Source: Thecamonas trahens ATCC 50062 (taxonomy: Eukaryota; Protista; Apusomonadida). Taken from it: a stretch of 64,000 bases of DNA. Shown piece after piece: positions 33,061 to 44,499 of this stretch (its first letter is position 1; the number at the start of each line of letters is the position of its first letter). Location of the stretch: positions 1-64,000 of the forward strand of contig NW_013657651.1 of assembly GCF_000142905.1 (NCBI RefSeq). Direction: 5' to 3'. The notes under the pieces were generated by a model that made no database searches, had not been told where the DNA came from, and worked only from the letters and a program-made list of their open reading frames with translations. Made by a program: the position numbers and the translations under genes.

Positions 33061-33309
33061 TACGTACGTANNNNNNNNNNNNNNNNNNNNNNNNNNNNNN
33101 NNNNNNNNNNNNNNNNNNNNNNNNNNNNNNNNNNNNNNNNNNNNNNNNNNNNNNNNNNNNNNNNNNNNNNCCCCCCCCCCCCCCCCTAAAAAAAAACCCC
33201 CAAAGCCTCCCCCGACCAAGGGGGCGTACCAGCGGGTGCCGAGGCCAAGGGCGCATGTGGAGGCTTCACACACGCCCTGAGCAGCACAGGTCGAGAGGAG
33301 GATTCCCAT
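31636..33309 (-). CDS. SERINC: Serine incorporator (SERINC/TMS1); intron 33229-32968, 1-nt frameshift at ~32150
   Basis: MGILLS..CCCATLSKSTRSRVTY, RASVQNSFWIVKF, SGLLQAGVI, YNYSFFHLTFALAAFYMCMLLSNW, WVKVVTSW, APVLFPTREF. Confidence 0.9.
32985..33057. repeat. (GA)n microsatellite adjacent to the gap
   Basis: Directly visible. Confidence 0.95.
33071..33170. other. Scaffold gap (100 N) within the SERINC intron
   Basis: Run of N. Confidence 1.
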
Positions 33310-33518
33310 GGTGGTCAAGTGTGTGGTGGTGGTGGCGAGGAAGGGGACCGGCACGTGACGGCCAATGTTGGCCAACGAGAGAGGGCAACGATTAACGCCA
33401 ACAACAACGCCAACAACAACGCCAACAACAACAACAACAATGATTATGGTTATGGTTATGACGATAAACGTCAACAAACAACAACAACGATTATCGTCAG
33501 TACCGCTCTCCTCCAACC

Positions 33519-34346
33519 ATGGGGCAGGACACGTCCAAGGAGAGGCCACCCGGTCCACATACAGCAGACAAGGCCGCACCAGAGGTGGTGTACAAGCCAC
33601 GGAAGATTGTTACGGTCCACGCAGCTGCCGTCGACGGACCGCGGGAGGGCACGCTCGAGAGCAGACGGGCAAAACGGGCTCAGGCAAGCAAGGCCATCCG
33701 GACTATGCTAGAGACTACGCCCATCCCGCCTGCCCTGCTCAAGTCTGCGATGAAGTCGCTCCTCCAGGACGTCTTTGTCTCACCCAACAAGGCTGCCGGT
33801 GAGACGCCGACCATCGATCCGCAAGCCATCATCCGCGCAGGCGCCTTTCTGCAGGACTACCAGCGCCGCATGTTCCACTCGGTCGTCCTGGAGCAGTCCA
33901 AGGTCTGCACCGCTATGCGCGGCCTCGAGCAGCTGTTTGCTCAGCGGACCGCTGCAGTCATTGCCGCTCAGGAGGCCGTCGCCTCTGCCGCCGTCTCGCT
34001 CAACTCACTCAACTCGCTCGCTACGTCGCTCGCAGACTTGCGAACCCGCCTCGGCGATGCCCTGCTCCAGACTCACGCCATGACTGCTGCCCTCTATGAT
34101 CTAGAAGCCCTCGAGCCATCAGGCGTCATCGATGACTCGGATTCTGCTCTCCATCCCTTTGTGTGGCCCACCTACGATGGCCTGCCCCAGGCCGCCCTGC
34201 CGCGAGTCGAGGCCCAGCCCGCGGCTCCACCGCGCCTGCAGCTCCTCTCCGGCAGCAGCGACTCGTCCGACGGTGCCGATCCTAGCGTGCCGATTCTGAT
34301 GCCGCCGCCTATCTTTACTCCGCCTAGCGGTACAAGCTCCACCTGA
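33519..34346 (+). CDS. BORCS5: BORC subunit 5 (myrlysin/LOH12CR1)-like
   Basis: Myristoylation motif MGQDTS. IDPQAIIRAGAFLQDYQRRMFHSVVLEQSKV...ALEP follows the BORCS5 coiled-coil pattern. Confidence 0.6.
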   Translation: MGQDTSKERPPGPHTADKAAPEVVYKPRKIVTVHAAAVDGPREGTLESRRAKRAQASKAIRTMLETTPIPPALLKSAMKSLLQDVFVSPNKAAGETPTIDPQAIIRAGAFLQDYQRRMFHSVVLEQSKVCTAMRGLEQLFAQRTAAVIAAQEAVASAAVSLNSLNSLATSLADLRTRLGDALLQTHAMTAALYDLEALEPSGVIDDSDSALHPFVWPTYDGLPQAALPRVEAQPAAPPRLQLLSGSSDSSDGADPSVPILMPPPIFTPPSGTSST

Positions 34347-34351
34347 GCACC

Positions 34352-36612
34352 TCACCACTCGATGGCACTCGCCATCTCGCGAATTGGTGAGACAATCCGC
34401 TCGTCGAGCAACGGATGCGCGCCGGTCTCGGTATGCGCCGCAATCCGCAAAATGTCCTCGATGAGGCCCGAGTTGCCGAGCAGGTCAACGTGGTCGGCAG
34501 TGCCTGGCCCTCCGCGCGGGTCAAACGGCGCGTTGACGTGCTCGTACTCGCGCGTCACCACAGGCATCTTGCCGGGGTTGTACTCGTCGCGCCGCCACAG
34601 GTCCGCGCACATCAGCCCGAGCGAGATGAGCGGGACCGTGCCGTCGCCGAGCGAGTCCTGCACCCCATGAAGCAGGCCGCGCTCGCGCTCGGTCGCCTCG
34701 ATGTCGATCTCCCGCCGCAGCACGTTTTCTCCCGATCCGCGCACCGCTGTCGCGTTGCTCCCACCCACTGCGTCGTCGTCGACCGGCTCGCCGCCCGCCT
34801 CGTGGTCGCGGTAGTGAAACGTCCGCTCCGCCGGCAGCCCCGTCCCGTACAAGCAGTAGATCTTGGTTGTCGGCGCGACCGGAAGCGGCGTCTCCAACAC
34901 GTTGCTCCACACTCCGGGCTCCTCCGCCACCCGTGCCGCGTGCTCCTCCGGGCTCTCACCGGGCACCGGCCGGTGTTTGTCCCCCAGTGAAAACTGCGCC
35001 GTCACTCGCTCCCACCAGCCCGGCGCAAGCTCGCTGAACCAGCTCCCGAGGTCGTCGGCGTAGTACACTCGCTCCTCACCGCTCGATTGCTTGTACCGCA
35101 GCATCGGTGCGAGACTAAACGACGCCGGCGCCGTCACGTTGAACGCCGGGAATGTCGCGTTTGCTGCGAGATCGTCCGGTGCCCCAGCCTCGGCCGAGCC
35201 CCACACCCGCGACCCGCCCTTGGGCAGCATCACCGCCACCGAGAACCACGACCGGAACATCCGCATCCGTGCTGTCCGCGCAAACACCTTGTCTAGTAGC
35301 AATCCCTCGAACATGCCCATGTGGGCCGAGTTGCGCATCTCGCCCGACGCAAGCGATGCCACAGCCTTGGGCACGCCCAGCAGCGGCGCTGCAATCGGCA
35401 CTACAGCCTCGATGTACGTGTCCACCCACTGCGGCCCGCGTTGCCGCCCCACGGCGCCTCCACCCACTTGAGAAAGTAGAACATGACGTTGCCGCCCAGC
35501 GAGTGGCCCATCACCACCGGCGCCACCCCGTCATTGAGCTCGTACGCCAGCTCGATTGTCGACTTGAGCTTGGAAAAGTACCCGTCGCGAGCCTGCATCT
35601 CGCTCAGCGACAATCGCCAGTCGTACGACGCCATGAACATCGAGTTCGAGTCGTAGCCCACCCGCGCGAGATTGGCAATGAGCTTGCCCCACACCCAAAA
35701 GCCTGGAAAGAGATAGTCGGCAGCCTCGAGCGACTCGGCCGCGCGGACTCGGACGCCTGACGGATCCTTGCCCTCGGCTGTGAGGCAGATATGGTCAAGC
35801 CAGCAGTGCTTGTCCGTCATAAACGACGCAAACATTGTCGTCGTTCCCCAGATTCGCGACCGGAAGTAAGACGCCGCGCACGGCCGGCCCTCCCACAGGT
35901 GCAGGCCGGTCGAGACAATGCCGGGGATGAAGATCAGCGGGTGGTGTGCCCGCACGCCCTCGGTCGCCAGACGCTGGCCCACTCCGTCAAAGTTGGTCGA
36001 GTTGACCACAGAGAGCGTGTTGCCCAGCGCGTCAAGAGCCTCCCGCAGTGGCCCGGCCACAGTCTCGGGCAAGTTGGCCAGCACCGCCGTCGAAGCCACC
36101 TGCGCCGTGCTCTGCTGCGACATCGAGCCCACAATCATCGCCAGCATCGCCACCGCCACTGCCACCACCGTCCACGACACACACCTAGTGAGGAAGCAAA
36201 ACACCTGCGTACTTCGCCGCCGGCCGTGCTTTGTGCCTCGTCCACCATCGCCCTTCCTGCCAGCACCCTCAGGCGTGCTCGGCCCCGGTGCCGCCTCCAG
36301 CTCATCGCAGTTGGCTAGCCCGCTGTTGCCAAACTCTGCTTCCGTCTCGTCATCCACCACCAGCGCTGTCTCAGTCGCCACCGCGTGTCTGCCCTCGCCC
36401 GTCCTAGCCGCCCGGCGTGATGTCCGCCGCCCTCGCGCCCGGCTCGCGTCACTCGGTCGCCCCATTCTCATCCGTGCACGCTCTTCCTCGGTGTAGACGG
36501 CGAGAATGACCGCACGACCACCACGCCCATCACCGCCGCCGCCGCCGCCTTTGTCACTACCCCCATTGCCGTCTCCTCTTGTGCGCTCTCGTCGACGTTG
36601 GGACTGCGTCAT
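34352..36612 (-). CDS. PDAT: Phospholipid:diacylglycerol acyltransferase (PDAT/Lro1, LCAT family); 1-nt frameshift at ~35433
   Basis: TM anchor, HPLIFIPGIVSTGL, YFRSRIWG, ASYDWRLS, lipase motif GHSLG, SGEMR, KIYCLYGTGLPAER, GDGTVP, HVDLLG. Confidence 0.9.
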
Positions 36613-36835
36613 GCGAGCCACACCAGCTGTGGTCCGAGTGTGGTGTGTGACACGGCGGCCGACCGACGACGACCTGTCACCTCCGCATCGCCACGTGGCT
36701 GGTCCTGCCGCATCCGATCGTTTCCAGCATCCAAGACCAAGCTCAGCCAATCCGACAGCTCCTTCATCAAGCTCAAGGGAGTCCAAACATCAGCGTCATG
36801 GCTGGCTGTGGTGTAATGGCTGCGTTTTGCTTTGT

Positions 36836-39248
36836 TTATTCGCTGCCCACAGTCGGTGGCGCAAGGTCGGCTCGGCTGGCTGACGGACTCGGCGTGCCTG
36901 CAGTGGGATCGGCCGACGCGGCGGCGTCCGCCACAGGATCGGAGACCGGCTCTACACCCGGGTCAGTCGATGGTGCACCGTGGGCGAGCGCCGCAGACGC
37001 GGTGACCGCGTTGAACGACCGCCGAAGCTTGCGGCGGCTAGAGCGGGAGAGACGGGTGCGGAGGCCGACGACCTCATCCTCGAGGGCGGCGACCCGGGAT
37101 TGCGCGCTCGCTGCCTCCTCGGACCGCTCCGCGAGCTCCTGCCGAAGGACCTTGGTGTGCTTCTCGGCGTCCTTGAGCTCGGCCTCGAGATGGAACAAGA
37201 TCTCGAGTTGGCGAGCTTGGCGAGTTTGGCGGTCTTGGCCTTCTCGGTCTCGAGCGCAGCCTTGAGCACGCTAATCTCGGCCAGCTGCTGGGTCACCATC
37301 ACGTTTGCCGCATTCAACTCGACCCGCAGCATCTTGAGCTGGGCATGAGGCGAGGCCGAACGATCCTTACTGCTGGCCAGCGAACCTGTCGAACCGACAA
37401 ACTCGGCGTCGTCGAGCGAGGTCGAGATCTCAAACGCGCGCACCTTTTGGCAAGCTCAGCCTCGGACTCGCGCGCCGCACGGAGCTCGGCCTCGAGCTCG
37501 ATGATCTGCTCCGGTGCAGGCCCAGTCGTGAGCGAGGTGTTGAACGAGGAGTTGAGCGCGGCACCGGCGGCGATGCCAGTCGGCATCAGCGTGGCCGACC
37601 CCGTCTCAAACGGCGTGGCGTTGATCATGTTGGCGTCGAGCATGGTCTGAAGGACGTGGACCCGATCGCGCAGCTGCTTGTTGTGCAGCCGCGCATCCTG
37701 CAGTGATTGTTCGATGTCGCGGAGGACCTTGCCGCGCGACGACGCCTCCACCTTTTTGATCTTAGCCTCGGCGTTGGCGAGCGCTGCCCGGGTGACCTTA
37801 GCCGAGTCCATGTGCCGCGCCACAAGCAGGTGCGAGGCCTCGACCTCTTCGCGGAGAGCGCCGACCTCGGCCCGCAGCTCCGCCTCGCTCATGTCTTCCA
37901 CCTTTGTCGCCTTGCGCACCCGGAGGTACGTGGCGTTGGCGTCGAGCTTGACCTTGAGCGCCTCGTTCTCGGTCTGCAGGCTGCTGATTTGCCGCTCAAG
38001 CTCGGCCATATCTGCCAGCGTGCTGACCGCCATCGAGACCGGCCGCGACGCCTTGCCCGACGCCGGCCGTCCTCCGCGCATCGGCACCGGCGAGTCCGCC
38101 GCGTCCGACCCGCTTGCCATGCTCTCAAACAACGGGTTCGACGGCATCCGTGGCACGCTGCCCGACTCGCTGGCGCCCGACGACTCGCCACCCACCCCCT
38201 CGTCGGCCAGCACCGCTGCCGCAGTCCCTCGCCGCGACTTGCGGTCCTTGCGCTTGGCCTTCATCTTGGCCACCAGCTTGGCCGAGCGCTCACGTTCGTC
38301 GTCAAGTGCAGACTCGAGGTCCTGCAGCTTGACCACCAGCCGCGACTCGGACGCCCGCAGCTCGCGGACCTCGACCTTCCGGCGCTGGAGCTTGTGCTGC
38401 AGCTTCTGGATATACACCGCATACTTGCCGATCTTACGCCGCGCTTCCTCGGGTACCCCGCCGCTTCCTGCATCGCCGTCAACACTCTCCAACAGCGAGC
38501 GGAGCATCTTGATCTCTGCTCGCAGCATCTCGTTGCGGGCCTCCATCGCACTCTCGCCGCTCCCGTCCGCGCTTCCGCAGACTCCGCTCGCCGCTCTGCT
38601 ACCGGCAGCGTTGTCGTGCAAGACGGTCCGCCGCAGCGATTCCGAGTACTGTCTGTCCGACGGCGAGACCGAGTGGGCCAGAACCGAGTGGCGGGCCTCC
38701 AGCTCTGACCGCAGGCGATCCAACCTCCGCTGCAGCTCGTCCTGCTGCAGCTTCAAGCGGTTGTCCAGCGCCCGCGCCTTCATCCTCCACGCCGAGTCAT
38801 CAAACTCAGCCTCCGAGTACAGCCCACCTGGTCCCGGCCCAGCCGCCAGCCTATCAACGTCACCGGGCCCTCCATCATCCGCCGCCCGAGTCAGCCCGCC
38901 GTTCCCGATTTTGGCCAAATCCGTTTCCACACTTTCGACTCTGTCCGAGGCAACGCCCGCCGAGCTGCCACCAGCAGTACCATGAATCCCACCATGGCTA
39001 CCATTACTGCCGTTACCATTGTTGCTGGTCTCACTACCAACGTCGTCGTCGTCGTCGTCGCTGTTGTTGTTGCTGTTCCCCTCCGCCGCATCGGCAAAGT
39101 CCTCCAGCTCTTCCAACTTCAGCCGACCAGACTCTGCCTCATACCCACCACCACCACCACCACCACCACCACCATCACCATCACCACCACCACCACCACC
39201 GCCTACATACACAACATCACCCTCTTCAAACAGTGGCACAGTAGCCAT
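36836..39248 (-). CDS. Long coiled-coil protein of unknown function; two 1-nt frameshifts (~37446, ~37208)
   Basis: Three overlapping ORFs (37314..39275, 36952..37443, 36836..37198) carry continuous heptad sequence and join if one A is added at each site. Confidence 0.6.
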
Positions 39249-40214
39249 GTCCTTCTCCTTGCTACTGTTACACACAGAGTGAGTGCAGTCTGTCGTCTAC
39301 GCAACTCTCTCGCAGTGGTCAAACCGCCGCATCTGCTCAGCTAGAGGCCAACCTTGGTGATGATGATGGCAAGGGGCGTCAGTCAGTACCGTTGGGCCTC
39401 TCGCCCACAGAGTCAATAAGCTCCATCGACCGACGGCAATAAGCTCCATCGGCCGACGGCCAAGTCGATCGGTACTGTTGGAGGATGGACGGCTGTTTGA
39501 CGTGGCGTGTGGGGATGGTTTTGGGTCATGGCCATCGTGGAGGGGTGGCTGCTGGCACGGACAGCACAGGCAGTTGCAGACAGCAGAAACAGCAGAAACA
39601 GCAGAAACAGCGTAAGTCAGAGGGGAACCCGATCGGCGACGTGTGCGTGATCAAAGGTGTACCGAGATCATTGGCCAGTGCAGGGGAGGGGATGTATGAC
39701 AGACGCACCATCATGGCTGGTCGTGGTCATCATGGTCATCATCACCTCCACCCTCACCATCACCATCAACCATCACCACCACCACCACCACCATCACCCC
39801 CACCATCACCATCAACCATCATCCCCACCATCACCATCAACCATCACCCCCCTCCCCTCCCGCATCCCCTACCCTCCCTCACCCGACTCCTACCATGCCT
39901 ACCAAGCGCGGACGCGTGTCCGGATACTCTGGGTATGTCCCTCCCTCCCCCCTCCCCCCTGCCCTCTCCAACTTTCCTCTATCCATCATGCCCATACCCG
40001 TCGTCCTCACCTCCCCTGTCAACCGTTTCTTCTGTCGTTGATTCTTCACGTCGTCCACCACCCTCTCTCCTGCCCCACCATACTCATTCCACACATCATC
40101 CGATCAACTCTCAACCACAGTCATATCCCAGGTCTTCAGGCTACTTTGGGCGTGGCTACTGGCGACTATGCATCGTGGCGGTTCACTCGTGATGTCTCGC
40201 CGAGAAAGAAGGGC

Positions 40215-40931
40215 ATGACAACGGCTTCCACTTATGCTCGTCGTATGGCGGCTCGTGCTCATGCTCGCTTGCATGGCGTGGAGGCTCGCCAGTCTTGTAC
40301 CCGTGCCCGTACCCGTTCAGCCTCTGCTACACGCTCGGCTTCCCGATCGTCGCCCCGCTCGGCGTCACGCTCGGCGCCCCGATCAGCATCCAGATCGTCG
40401 CCGTCATCGACGCCTCCGGCAAACAACGAGCTGGCGGCTGAGCCTGCGTCCGCAAGCAACAAGCCGCCATCGGCAGCGTCGACCCTGTCCGAGCTCAACC
40501 GCCGCCGGCCGACCACCGCCGTCTCGCCGGTCCATGCCTACAAAGACGATGCAGCACAGCCGCCTCGCCCGGCGTCGGTCGCCTCGTCGCGCCCGATGTC
40601 TGGGCGCGCCCAGCGCCGCAAGGCCATGGGCACTCTCTCCAACCGCAAGCTTGTCGAACGACTCAACGGCGGCCTCGCCCGAGGCCGCATCACCGGCTAC
40701 GGCGGGCACACCATGGGCCTCATCAACGCCACAGGCGTCCAGACCGGACCGTACCTTGTCTCGCGCTTCGACACCGAGGAGGCCGAGCGCCACCAGCGTC
40801 TTCCGACACACGCCCGCCAGGACTCGCTCCTCACCGTCCCCGATGCCTTTCTCGCGGCAGTCGGCCCCGGCACCGTCTCATCGTCGTACGCCGGCCATCA
40901 GCCGGGCTTCCAGTTTGTCACCGGCCTGTAG
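40215..40931 (+). CDS. Hypothetical basic Ser/Arg-rich protein
   Basis: ATG at 40215 (MTTAST) within ORF 39657..40931. Codon usage is host-like (C-ending) in the 3' part. No recognised domain. Confidence 0.5.
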   Translation: MTTASTYARRMAARAHARLHGVEARQSCTRARTRSASATRSASRSSPRSASRSAPRSASRSSPSSTPPANNELAAEPASASNKPPSAASTLSELNRRRPTTAVSPVHAYKDDAAQPPRPASVASSRPMSGRAQRRKAMGTLSNRKLVERLNGGLARGRITGYGGHTMGLINATGVQTGPYLVSRFDTEEAERHQRLPTHARQDSLLTVPDAFLAAVGPGTVSSSYAGHQPGFQFVTGL

Positions 40932-41259
40932 CCATGCTCATGCCCATCCAACAACAACCAGCCCCCCCTCCCCCCTCCCCCCTCCCCATACTATGCTCAT
41001 CCCCGATGACCTTCCCGATCCCTGTCGTGACTTGGAGCGGGACAAAACCGGAGACTGCTGCCGTTTTCGACTCTTTGGCGCGCCAATGCGGCGACGGGCA
41101 GTCTTCCCCGCCACAGCGGCAAGGTCAAGGCCGAGAGTCAGGGCCAGTGAACGGAACGGCTTACTGTGACTAACTAACTGATTCTAATGACTGACTAAAT
41201 GACTAACAGCTAATGCGTATCGTCACTACAGTTTCTTCGTCAGCTCAAAGTCGAAAAGC

Positions 41260-44200
41260 ATGGACATGGACCAAGTTCCTGACCTGCGGGTCTCCGCCCT
41301 CAAGTCGCTATGTGTGGCAGGTACAGCCATTGCCTCTACTGTTGCTATGGGTTCACTACAGTATCAAACCCATTCAGACTATCATGATCATGCTGATCAT
41401 GCTGATCATGCTGATCATGCTGGCGAGTCTGCTGATAGTCATCGTCGCGACCAGAACCCGCTCACTCCCTCTCCGCTTCGTCTCATGCGGGACATGACAA
41501 GATCGGATGCAGAGATCGATGCCCTCATCTCTAGGGTAGAGTCCATCGTCTCCGCAGATGGCTTGACTTGGGTCGACTCGACTGAAATACCGCCTGCAGC
41601 AACTCCACAGTCTCCGCACTCTCCGGCAGCGACTCTGCTTTCCAAGCCTGCAAGCTCCGGCTCGGATCTGGTCGCTGCCGCCCTCGCCGCAGCTGCAGCA
41701 GAGGATGGCGACTCATCGTCGGGCTCGGACTTGCTTATGCTAGTCTCTGACGACGACGAAGTCGAGCCTGTGCCGCGGCTACCGCCTGCGGCTGCAGGTA
41801 CACCTGATGATGACGACACCAAGTCTGAGGGCGAGGTTGTGCTCGACGAGCCTGTCTTCCTCTCCGAGGCGCAGCTGCTCGACGACGTGGCGCCGTTTCT
41901 CGATTCGCTCAACGCGGCGCTTCCCAGCCCGCTCACCGCCGAAGAGCTTTCTGCTGTTGTCGATGCCATGGCCGAGACCGGTATGACCCAAATTGTCCAC
42001 ATGCACAGCCTGACTTGGCCGGACGCGCTCGAGCTCGGCATGTCCAAGGCGCTCTTTGCAGCCGCCTTTACCGCTCTCTACCCGACCAAGACACCATCGT
42101 TTGCGCTGGTCACGCCGCCAGAGCCAGCACCTCGCCCCACGGCGACACTGCCGTCGCCGCGCGATCCAGCATGGAAGATCGAACTCTCGCAGGCCAAGAT
42201 TGAGGCCTTTCGCCCGGTCGACCAGTTCTACGTCTCGTTCTTTGCCCGCTGGTTTGTCCTCTACTACAACATCTACCCGCACGCCACCAAGCGCGAGTTT
42301 GCGCTTGCCCAGCGCGAGCTGGTCGCGCCCTGGAAAGTCGCCTTTGATCCGCTCGGCCTCGGCGAGCACGCGCTCTCGCCGTTTTCTGTCGAGCCGAGTG
42401 CGCGCGCCGCGCCCGGGTCCGGTACCCCAGCGGTGCCTGGCGGCTCAACTCCGCCGGTCGGCCCCGGCCGCACTGCCGATGTGGCCGCGCTTGGCGCCGA
42501 GCTGCGGTCACTCCATCGCTCGGTTGTGGCTGCCCTCTCCACAGCATCCGGCACCGCACTCGATGACGCCCTCTACTTGCTACAGCTCCTCAACGCGCTG
42601 CCGGCCATGGCGGCGCTCTTCGCCGATCCGGCGCTCGCCACCAGCGAGGCGCTGCTGGCAAGGGTCTACGCCCCTGTCATCGACGGCTTCTTTGGCCCCC
42701 GCCATAACTTTACCGTCCGCCGCTCCGCCCCGGTTCCTTGGATGTCTGGTGAGCTTGTGCCCTCGCTTGTTATTGAGCTCGCGTCGACTCGGCTTCCGCT
42801 GCTGGTGGCCGAGACCGCGACACCGCCGCCGGCATCGGAACCGAGCGTCGACGACAGCAGTCTGTCGGAGGCTGTCGCCAAGCTCGGCGCCGAAATGACG
42901 ATGGCGCTCACCTTTTTGCGCCGGACAGTGCCTGCGAGCGTCCTCGTCGACCTCTCGACCCGCTTTACCCTCTTTGGCCTCGTCATCGCAGGCCGCCGGG
43001 TTTACGTCTACTTTCTCGGCTACGACACGGCAGGCAACGACTACGTCTTGCAGCACTACGCGCGTGCCGGGCTCAACATGGCGATCCCGGCGGACGTGCT
43101 TGCCCTCGCCCGCCTCATGCGCCGGATCCACGACCTAGGCGTCGCTCTCGACGGCTGGATGGTCAGCTCTCCGCCGCCACTGGCGGGGCACGCGCCCGCC
43201 GCCCTCGCCGCCCCGTCGCTCCCTGCCCCTTCGCCGCGCAAAATGACCGGCCCGCCGCCGTCAGTCCTCGCGCCTCCTCGGTCATACCTGCAGCCACTGG
43301 TCCCGCCGCCGCAGCCGTCGCGGGCCGACGCTTCTCCCGCTGACGCCGAGGGCACCGTCAACGACTCGTCGAGCTACTTCTCCACCACATACTCGTCGGT
43401 CTCCGACTCAAGCTCAGGTGCGGTCAAGAGCCAGGCTGCTAAGTTTCCGCAGCCTGCCAATCTCGCCGAGCTCCGCCGGCTCGGTTACGCCATCACCCAG
43501 ACCATTGCCAAGCACAAGGATACCGTGGTGTATTTGGCGGCGGTGGAGCGAGTCCCGCGCGCCGCCGCCCATCGCGCCACCATCGGCGACCTAGTCGCCA
43601 TCAAGCTCGTCGATCGCGCCGCGTCGGTGCGGACCCAGCCGCGTGAAGTTCGCATTCTCCGCAACCTCGACGGCGCGCACCACACCCAGCAGTTTGTCGC
43701 CTGGCACGTCATCAAGGAGACCTCGTGCTTTGCCGTCGTCACCAAGTACTACAAGCCGGTCCGCGGTGGGCCGGCCTCCAAGCACGAGATCCGCCGCTAC
43801 GTCCGCCAAGTCCTCGAAGCGCTCGCCTACTGCCACCAAAACGGCATCATCCACCGCGACATCAAGCCGGCAAACGTCATCTTTGAGGCCGAGTCACGGA
43901 CCGCAGTCCTCATCGACTTTGACTGCTCCAAGCCGTTCAACTCGGCCGCCCCGCCCACTTCAGAGGTCGGCACCCCGGGCTACATGGCGCCCGAGATCCT
44001 CGACATCAAGCGCGGCAAGCGAAGCCGTGGCTACTCGTACGCCGTTGACATCTTCTCGCTCGGCATTGTCTTTGGAGGCCTGCTCTTCAAGGCGGAGCTC
44101 AAGCGCCGCCCGACTCGGAGCAAGCTCCTCGAGCTCATGGCCAACTCGCGCCGCCGTTCTTCCGGCCATCGCCTCCTCCGCAAGATGCTCGAGGTCGACG

Positions 44201-44499
44201 ACTCGGTCCGCATCACCGCTCTCGACGCCCTCTCCGAGCCGTACTTTCTCAAGGCCACCTCATGGACTCTCCCACCCATCAAGACCTGGTCCAAAGACTA
44301 CGTCGCGGCCCACGACGCCGACGCTCTCCGCGAGTTTGGCCTCCAGCCCAGGCCCCGTCGTACCTCTCGCAGCTCTCGCTCCAACCGCGTCTCCCAAGCC
44401 CCAGCATCAACTGCCACCGATCGCGATCCTGATCCTGCCAATCCTACGTCAGTGCCGTTGTCTGACCCGCCCGCGCCGCGGCCCCGCTTCCGCTCATAA
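41260..44499 (+). CDS. Ser/Thr protein kinase with N-terminal SAM-like and degenerate restriction-endonuclease-like domains (Crinkler-like architecture)
   Basis: Kinase motifs VAIK, HRDIKPANV, LIDFDCS, GTPGYMAPE, DIFSLG. Upstream LVPSLVI..PLLVAET..KLGAEM..LFGLVIAGRRVYVY. Confidence 0.8.
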   Translation: MDMDQVPDLRVSALKSLCVAGTAIASTVAMGSLQYQTHSDYHDHADHADHADHAGESADSHRRDQNPLTPSPLRLMRDMTRSDAEIDALISRVESIVSADGLTWVDSTEIPPAATPQSPHSPAATLLSKPASSGSDLVAAALAAAAAEDGDSSSGSDLLMLVSDDDEVEPVPRLPPAAAGTPDDDDTKSEGEVVLDEPVFLSEAQLLDDVAPFLDSLNAALPSPLTAEELSAVVDAMAETGMTQIVHMHSLTWPDALELGMSKALFAAAFTALYPTKTPSFALVTPPEPAPRPTATLPSPRDPAWKIELSQAKIEAFRPVDQFYVSFFARWFVLYYNIYPHATKREFALAQRELVAPWKVAFDPLGLGEHALSPFSVEPSARAAPGSGTPAVPGGSTPPVGPGRTADVAALGAELRSLHRSVVAALSTASGTALDDALYLLQLLNALPAMAALFADPALATSEALLARVYAPVIDGFFGPRHNFTVRRSAPVPWMSGELVPSLVIELASTRLPLLVAETATPPPASEPSVDDSSLSEAVAKLGAEMTMALTFLRRTVPASVLVDLSTRFTLFGLVIAGRRVYVYFLGYDTAGNDYVLQHYARAGLNMAIPADVLALARLMRRIHDLGVALDGWMVSSPPPLAGHAPAALAAPSLPAPSPRKMTGPPPSVLAPPRSYLQPLVPPPQPSRADASPADAEGTVNDSSSYFSTTYSSVSDSSSGAVKSQAAKFPQPANLAELRRLGYAITQTIAKHKDTVVYLAAVERVPRAAAHRATIGDLVAIKLVDRAASVRTQPREVRILRNLDGAHHTQQFVAWHVIKETSCFAVVTKYYKPVRGGPASKHEIRRYVRQVLEALAYCHQNGIIHRDIKPANVIFEAESRTAVLIDFDCSKPFNSAAPPTSEVGTPGYMAPEILDIKRGKRSRGYSYAVDIFSLGIVFGGLLFKAELKRRPTRSKLLELMANSRRRSSGHRLLRKMLEVDDSVRITALDALSEPYFLKATSWTLPPIKTWSKDYVAAHDADALREFGLQPRPRRTSRSSRSNRVSQAPASTATDRDPDPANPTSVPLSDPPAPRPRFRS

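Noticed and set aside
5563-33309. Serine or lipid metabolic cluster (PHGDH-PSAT with SERINC, PDAT, reductase)
   Set aside because: Not adjacent, and no shared regulatory motif is visible.
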